The position numbers were made by a program, and so were the translations under genes. Below the pieces are notes generated by a model. That model saw nothing but the letters and a program-made list of their open reading frames with translations, was not told where the DNA came from and searched no databases. Shown in pieces: positions 58,670-64,000 of a DNA stretch of 64,000 nt (position 1 is its first letter; each line of letters starts with the position of its first letter). Source of the stretch: a virus (taxonomy: Duplodnaviria; Heunggongvirae; Uroviricota; Caudoviricetes); the IMG/VR virus record IMGVR_UViG_3300021979_000001, positions 354,948 through 418,947 of that record, one strand, 5' to 3'.

Positions 58670-59449
58670 CTATTCGGATGGCGGATAAATTTCGTTTCGT
58701 ATGCTTTGCAATTTACGTTTGTGTTTCTCCGACACCATCTTTGGTATTTCCAGTTCGATTATGACATAAAAATCACCTGGAATAGTTGCCGGTATCCCTT
58801 GGTTCTTCAAACGAACCATATCATTGTGTCCCGAGCCGGATGGTATTGATACTTTTAGCTTTTTATTAGTCGGAGTGTTAACAATGATGTCACATCCAAT
58901 CATAGCGTCGAACACATTGATCGTTCGAAGACAGAATACATCCTTTCCGCGAACAGTAAACCCATTATCAGGGGTAACATGTATCTTAAGGTTAATCGAA
59001 CCATGTTGTTCGTTTGCCGGATAGTATAATACCTGACCATGAAACACGCCCTTTGGTATAGGGACACAGATGTCTTGGCCGTAGCAATTTATCAATATAG
59101 TATTTTCATTATAGCATTCAGACAATGGTATTGAATGCACCATATTTATTGGACGGGATTTTGCTTTTCGCAAAATATCATCCCATTCTCGCTGTTCTCT
59201 CTTATGTATATCATTCAGATCGAAATCCATTTTCCATTTGTAATTTTCATATACTTTGGTTTTTGGATGGATTTTTTCATGGTTCTTAACGATAGCTTCA
59301 TATGCATCATTAATTTCGCGAAATTTTGTTGCTGCGTCATCTGAACTATTATGATCTGGATGATATTTTTTTGCCATACGATAGTATGCTTTTTTTACAT
59401 CATCGGGTGATGCATGTGGTAATAGACCAAGAACTGCATAATGATTCAT
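58670..59449 (-). CDS. DnaJ/CbpA-like J-domain co-chaperone (no Zn finger)
   Basis: Y..LG...KKAY...AKKYHPD...F.EI..AYE, followed by a DnaJ C-terminal domain. Confidence 0.9.
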   Translation of the reverse strand: MNHYAVLGLLPHASPDDVKKAYYRMAKKYHPDHNSSDDAATKFREINDAYEAIVKNHEKIHPKTKVYENYKWKMDFDLNDIHKREQREWDDILRKAKSRPINMVHSIPLSECYNENTILINCYGQDICVPIPKGVFHGQVLYYPANEQHGSINLKIHVTPDNGFTVRGKDVFCLRTINVFDAMIGCDIIVNTPTNKKLKVSIPSGSGHNDMVRLKNQGIPATIPGDFYVIIELEIPKMVSEKHKRKLQSIRNEIYPPSE

Positions 59450-59811
59450 TTTTGTGATCCAGATGCTCTATCTTTGATTGCACCAATCAAGAAATCATTA
59501 ATATGCTTTTGTTCTTTTATATATCGAGTGATTTCAGCCATATTGAGTGACAATTTTTCATATCCATCGGTTGTTAATGCAAAAATAACAAAATTAGTTT
59601 GACCGGATTTTTCCACATTATCAATGAGTTTCTGTAATTCATCAAAGTTTAATACCAACCACGTTATGTCATTATTAAGTTGCATTGGTTGTGCTTTAGG
59701 AATAACCAACGGAAGTGTGGGCGGTGTTTGAATCTGAACCGGGGTATAATCTTCGGTAGTTGAACATGCTGTTAATAGCAACACCCATAATATAATAAAA
59801 AATTTATTCAC
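59446..59811 (-). CDS. o-spanin-like lipoprotein (Rz1-like)
   Basis: Lipobox LLTAC, Pro-rich linker, YEKLSLNMAEITRYI. Overlaps the i-spanin end. Confidence 0.7.
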   Translation of the reverse strand: MNKFFIILWVLLLTACSTTEDYTPVQIQTPPTLPLVIPKAQPMQLNNDITWLVLNFDELQKLIDNVEKSGQTNFVIFALTTDGYEKLSLNMAEITRYIKEQKHINDFLIGAIKDRASGSQK

Positions 59812-60226
59812 GGCTTATTTTCTCCAAATCATTGATTGCATTTTTGGTCGCAGTATTAACGCGTTTTTCGATCAATCCTGGCTTATGCTGTGCAAGATCA
59901 GATAGGTTATGTTTTCGCAATAACAATTCAAGATTTTTTGAGTGTGATCGTTCCGTAGATAATTGACTATCTAGATTTTCAAGTCGGGCTGTGTCTTTTT
60001 TCGATAACTCAATGAGATTCTTAATATTATTGTTAAGTGATTCATTTGATACTTTAAGTGATTTGTTTTCATCGCTTAATGTAGTCACGTTAGTAGTAAG
60101 AGAAGAAATTTTGCTTTGTGACCAGAAGAAATATGTGGCAGCAGAACCAATAAGAATAATTAATGCAAGGACACCAATACCGATAATCCATTTAGTGGGA
60201 ATAATTTTAGAAATGAAACCAAACAT
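59804..60226 (-). CDS. i-spanin-like protein (Rz-like)
   Basis: N-terminal TM, long coiled coil, LA..KPGLIEKRVN. ATAAATA at 60256. Confidence 0.7.
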   Translation of the reverse strand: MFGFISKIIPTKWIIGIGVLALIILIGSAATYFFWSQSKISSLTTNVTTLSDENKSLKVSNESLNNNIKNLIELSKKDTARLENLDSQLSTERSHSKNLELLLRKHNLSDLAQHKPGLIEKRVNTATKNAINDLEKISRE

Positions 60227-60344
60227 ATTCTTCCTGCCATATTACTGTGTTTTGTTATTTATACGATCATAAACTATTATAGTTCGTGGCGTGAAACCAC
60301 ATTCGTATTACCTTGCGGTAATACTCATGCTGGTTCCCCACCCG

Positions 60345-60407
60345 TTTCACTTCGTAATGAACAATCATTGCTCTTACATCGCAATGACAGTTCATTACGA
60401 AGTGAAA
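60345..60407. repeat. long inverted repeat (18-bp perfect arms plus 7-bp inner stem)
   Basis: TTTCACTTCGTAATGAAC / GTTCATTACGAAGTGAAA. Confidence 0.85.
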
Positions 60408-60544
60408 AGTTTTTTACAGGAATTATTAGTTAGTAATGAATGATCATCAGTATGTGATAAAGAATTATCATTTGAATAATCGTTACTAACTTATGATATT
60501 TGATTTATAATTTTTATATATGCATCCTAGATTTGTGTCATCTT

Positions 60545-60653
60545 TTTATCCCCCCTGTTGGCCCAATAATATCGTGTTCATCCTATAAGACATGGTTATA
60601 CATAATCCTATAGGATGCCAACACGATATTATTAGACCAACAAAGAGGATAAA
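60545..60653. repeat. ~110-nt interrupted inverted repeat
   Basis: Arms AATAATATCGTGTT/AACACGATATTATT, CATCCTATA/TATAGGATG, TGTTGG/CCAACA and TTTATCC/GGATAAA. Confidence 0.85.
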
Positions 60654-60659
60654 TTTAGT

Positions 60660-61147
60660 GGGAAAAAATACTTCCTGAGTTCTTAGCCACTCTCAATAAA
60701 GCGACGTAACCACATTACATGGTTGCTGGCGGTTTTCCGAAACCAGCTTGTTGCCGCCCTTATCCGGTCAGTTAATCACACCCATATAGAGACAGTTCGG
60801 GGATTTACCTTGCCTGTCAGGTTGATTATCTATCGACCAAAACGGTTATGAAAATAATTTATGATTTTCAAGCGCATGCACCTGGCACAATTGAGGGACC
60901 GGTGCATGTGTATAGTTGTCAAAGATGTCTAGACATAGCTATACTCTTTCATCGTGCCTTTTTCCACAACGCAATGTGTGGCAAGCGGCTGTTTACATAA
61001 TCGCGCCACCGTAAGTGTGGACTATGTAACCGGCTTGTTGCTCGTTCTTGCAGGTAAACCCCGGTCAGATGATCCCGGATGGACTTACTTTGGGACGAAA
61101 GTGGCCCCGATTACTTTCTGAACGTTATGAGGGTATCGTCGATACCA
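60660..61147 (-). ncRNA. candidate large structured non-coding RNA (~490 nt)
   Basis: No credible ORF, GC-richer than the flanks, many nested stems, and a minus-strand TTGACC-N18-TATATT promoter at 61153-61182. Confidence 0.5.
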
Positions 61148-61263
61148 AAATTAATATATGACATATCGTCGATTTGGGTCAATATAAATGTTGACGACAT
61201 AACCCATCCTGGATTAGCGTTTGCAGATTACGATTTTTGCCTGGATCACATGGAATGGAAGAT

Positions 61264-61893
61264 ATGACATTACGCAAATATATACGTAGTCTTGAAATAG
61301 CGAAGAATATGGGATGTTTCTTTGTTTCTTTCATCAATATGGCAAAAAACTCTGACAATATTGATCGGTTTGAGACGCGCATATTTATGTCAGCATCAAA
61401 AAACATATCGCGAAAACATTGGGAAGTGAAATACAAGGTGGCCGATATGGCTAATATGATTACGATTGTCGTATACGAAAACAAGGTAAGTATATCTGGT
61501 CCACAAACATTATTTTCAACAAGTAGATATTGGTCACGGCGTTTGTCCAAAACGATTAACCGCATTCATGGTATGAAAACAAACAACGGCCCACAAGTAG
61601 ATATTGATATTAATAATAAAACCAATCTAGTTCAAGAATTTGTTGAAAAGTATAAAGCAAATATTAGCAATAACCGGATAACAGAACTATCATATAATCG
61701 ATTTCCTTATTCGGTGATCATCACGGCACCGGAATATGGCACGGTAGATTTTTTAATAGGCATTTCATCACAATTTGTTGGTGATTTCATGTATGCACGA
61801 AAAAATGATCAACATCATCATATTGTCTATTTTGAAAAAAACGAGGATTTCACCTTAGCTAAACTATCATTAGATCGATTAAACAGAAATTAA
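61264..61893 (+). CDS. hypothetical protein, paralog of 61970..62575
   Basis: Shares FI.M.KN.DN, S.YWSRRL, ISSQF.G.FM and YFEK.ED. Confidence 0.75.
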   Translation: MTLRKYIRSLEIAKNMGCFFVSFINMAKNSDNIDRFETRIFMSASKNISRKHWEVKYKVADMANMITIVVYENKVSISGPQTLFSTSRYWSRRLSKTINRIHGMKTNNGPQVDIDINNKTNLVQEFVEKYKANISNNRITELSYNRFPYSVIITAPEYGTVDFLIGISSQFVGDFMYARKNDQHHHIVYFEKNEDFTLAKLSLDRLNRN

Positions 61894-61969
61894 TAAAAAC
61901 GTTGATGTAATTTTTAGTTAATGGATATTGGTGATCCGTTACGTGTGGTTTTTTGAAGGGGGCTGTTTC

Positions 61970-62575
61970 ATGCATTTCGATCAATTCAATAATTATTTCA
62001 ATAGTCTGAAAATGTGTCGTAGCGTAGGTCGTTTTTTTGAACATTTTATTAAAATGACAAAAAACACTGACAACCTGCGAATGTTCACCAAAGTGGGACC
62101 GACTAAAAGCCCCCGAGATGAATGGACAATTCAGTATTTGATTTCCGGTATAAACATCAAAATTGTTGTTTGTAACGATAACGTTTCGGTGTATGGAACC
62201 GAAAACATTGAATCAGATAGTAAATATTGGTCACGGCGCTTGCGGCGGGTTATTAAACGCGTTTACGAACAACAAATCAAGAAATCTGATACTGAAATCA
62301 TTCATAAAAATATGTTGCTTGATTTTGTCAATAAACATCACATTCGTGTCACGAATGATCTATTATTGAACCTTGCTAACTCGCCATTAGAATATAGTCA
62401 CTGTTTGTCGGGTGGTAAACGAGATGTCTGTGCGTATTTGTTTTCAATTTCATCGCAGTTTACCGGTAATTTTATGTTTTATCATAAAGATAGTTTGTCA
62501 ACCATGGTTTATTTCGAAAAGGAGGAGGATGCCGTGTTAACGAAAATAGCTGTTGATAGGATGAATGGTAGTTAA
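61970..62575 (+). CDS. hypothetical protein, paralog of 61264..61893
   Basis: Same motifs as 61264..61893. GGGG RBS-like run. Confidence 0.75.
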   Translation: MHFDQFNNYFNSLKMCRSVGRFFEHFIKMTKNTDNLRMFTKVGPTKSPRDEWTIQYLISGINIKIVVCNDNVSVYGTENIESDSKYWSRRLRRVIKRVYEQQIKKSDTEIIHKNMLLDFVNKHHIRVTNDLLLNLANSPLEYSHCLSGGKRDVCAYLFSISSQFTGNFMFYHKDSLSTMVYFEKEEDAVLTKIAVDRMNGS

Positions 62576-62632
62576 AATTGGATGTGATTTTATTATCGAT
62601 GCAATTGGCATATATCAGGATCAAATTATAAT

Positions 62633-63235
62633 ATGACATGGAAACTTCGTATCAAACTTATTAATGCAAACATAAAATATAATATAACTAAACAGTTATT
62701 TTGTATCAAACTGTATTTTTTTATGTTATTTCGTCCAAAATTGTTTGAAGTAGTAGTCGGTCATCTTAACAAATATATGACGGGTGATTCGGGAATTAGT
62801 GTTTCTAATAGTAAAACTGGTAATATATTATTGCCTAATACCAAATTGTATATTTCCCATCATAGATACGGAATTATACAATATATAATTTTTGAATATA
62901 AAGTTTATAATATATATTCATTATTTTGGTATAAACGATTTAATAAAATTGGGATGAAATATACCAGTGACCCGGATAAATTAAATACTGAAACCACTAC
63001 CCAAACAACTGAAAAAATTGAATCGTTAACACGTTGTTCAAAATCATTTATTAATGCGATAACACTGCCTGCATTTTCGTATCATGTTGCCTGCAAACCA
63101 AATATTGACCCTAATGAGTTTGATTACAGTTCTATTCGTGGAAAGTATTTTATTTCGAGAGGAAATGATAATATTGATCAGGTTAGCTTTGAGTATGAGG
63201 AAGATGCTGTTTTGTTCAATATAATGATGAATTAA
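62633..63235 (+). CDS. hypothetical protein, distant paralog
   Basis: FWYKRF and a C-terminal SFEYEEDAVLF. Confidence 0.65.
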   Translation: MTWKLRIKLINANIKYNITKQLFCIKLYFFMLFRPKLFEVVVGHLNKYMTGDSGISVSNSKTGNILLPNTKLYISHHRYGIIQYIIFEYKVYNIYSLFWYKRFNKIGMKYTSDPDKLNTETTTQTTEKIESLTRCSKSFINAITLPAFSYHVACKPNIDPNEFDYSSIRGKYFISRGNDNIDQVSFEYEEDAVLFNIMMN

Positions 63236-63244
63236 AAACGGGGA

Positions 63245-63721
63245 TCAAAATTGATCCCCTTCATTTCCCCAAAATTGTGTATCGCATAATTTTTCGAGGT
63301 TATGCAGTTTGGTGAGACCATACCGACCATCATCACCATTGATAAAATCTAAAAATATGCGTTCCTGGATGGTAGTCAATGTCTGTTTTTGAATGGCTTT
63401 GCGTCGGTTGGCTATATTGGTAGTATATTGAGGGATCAATTCGGTCATAGTATTTTCGAGAATGGTAAACTTGATGGCAGCGGCTTTGGCGCTTACTTTG
63501 TTATCAAATGCCACATCGCCATCATCCAGTGTCATTAATGATGCGGATGCATGTAATCGAAAAATTGTGGCATAAACGCCCTGGCACACACTGATTTTTT
63601 TCATATTATCTAGCGTTGGCTGTAAATTCAGCGTTTTTTTGTTTTGCTGGGCGAATGATGAAAAGGTCATGCAGGATAGAATAATACCGAAAATTGCACC
63701 GTATTTTATGGTTGTTATCAT
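63245..63721 (-). CDS. hypothetical exported protein
   Basis: Signal peptide from ATG 63721 (MITTIKYGAIFGIILSCMTFSSFA). The start is uncertain. Confidence 0.6.
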   Translation of the reverse strand: MITTIKYGAIFGIILSCMTFSSFAQQNKKTLNLQPTLDNMKKISVCQGVYATIFRLHASASLMTLDDGDVAFDNKVSAKAAAIKFTILENTMTELIPQYTTNIANRRKAIQKQTLTTIQERIFLDFINGDDGRYGLTKLHNLEKLCDTQFWGNEGDQF

Positions 63722-64000
63722 TAAAAAGGTATCCCCAAAAATATATAATACTTTATGATACAATAAATTGACGTAGAACACTAGTTTTTTGTATACTGTT
63801 TTCATGAAAAAAATTATCCCTCGCCATAGTCTGTTATTGACAATTGGAACAAGCAAACCCGATCTGGATGTTGTTGCGGCCATGTTTGCGCCGCATGAAG
63901 TTGTGTGTATCGAAACCATATCAATGATGTTGACTGGCGGATTATCGCCATCGATCATGGTGGATCATATCAGAAACCATATCACATCGGTGATCAAAAC

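Noticed and set aside
60300-61150. CRISPR array, tmRNA or RNase P in the gene-free region
   Set aside because: There are no regularly spaced repeats, no tRNA-Ala-like ends with CCA, and no GAGGAAAGUCC-type P4 motif that I could find by eye.

Overview
This AT-rich 64 kb window looks like part of a large (jumbo-type) tailed dsDNA phage genome with a T4-like replication core. Most genes lie on the minus strand. It contains a 12-gene tRNA array plus a duplicated tRNA-Pro 3' half (2.7-6.3 kb) and RNA end-repair enzymes (CCA-adding enzyme, PNK-like kinase, Tpt1/KptA, a second nucleotidyltransferase). The replication block has an RNase H/5' exonuclease, a probable sliding clamp, a family B DNA polymerase and an ATP-dependent ligase. 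Host-like auxiliary genes include a TAXI solute-binding protein, NhaP antiporter, IscA/HesB, glutaredoxin, an HD (p)ppGpp-hydrolase-like protein, MazG, ClpA and a J-domain protein. A late/structural block (37.7-54.4 kb) holds repeat-rich fibre-like proteins, a RyR-domain protein and a holin-like protein, and a spanin pair sits at 59.4-60.2 kb. There are three tandem paralog arrays of unknown genes. A recurring ATAAATA motif (T4 late-promoter-like) precedes the structural genes and several scattered ART-like or unknown genes that share a short N-terminal leader. The most unusual items are a ~0.9 kb ORF-free, highly structured locus at 60.3-61.2 kb (a candidate ~490-nt ncRNA plus two long hairpins around an AT-rich tract), non-canonical tRNAs (8/4 tRNA-Tyr, long-variable-arm tRNA-Lys(UUU) and tRNA-Cys, an aberrant CAU tRNA), and an ART-like/DUF6513-like/adenylate-kinase-like fusion. 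All calls come from reading motifs by eye. No database searches or folding programs were run.
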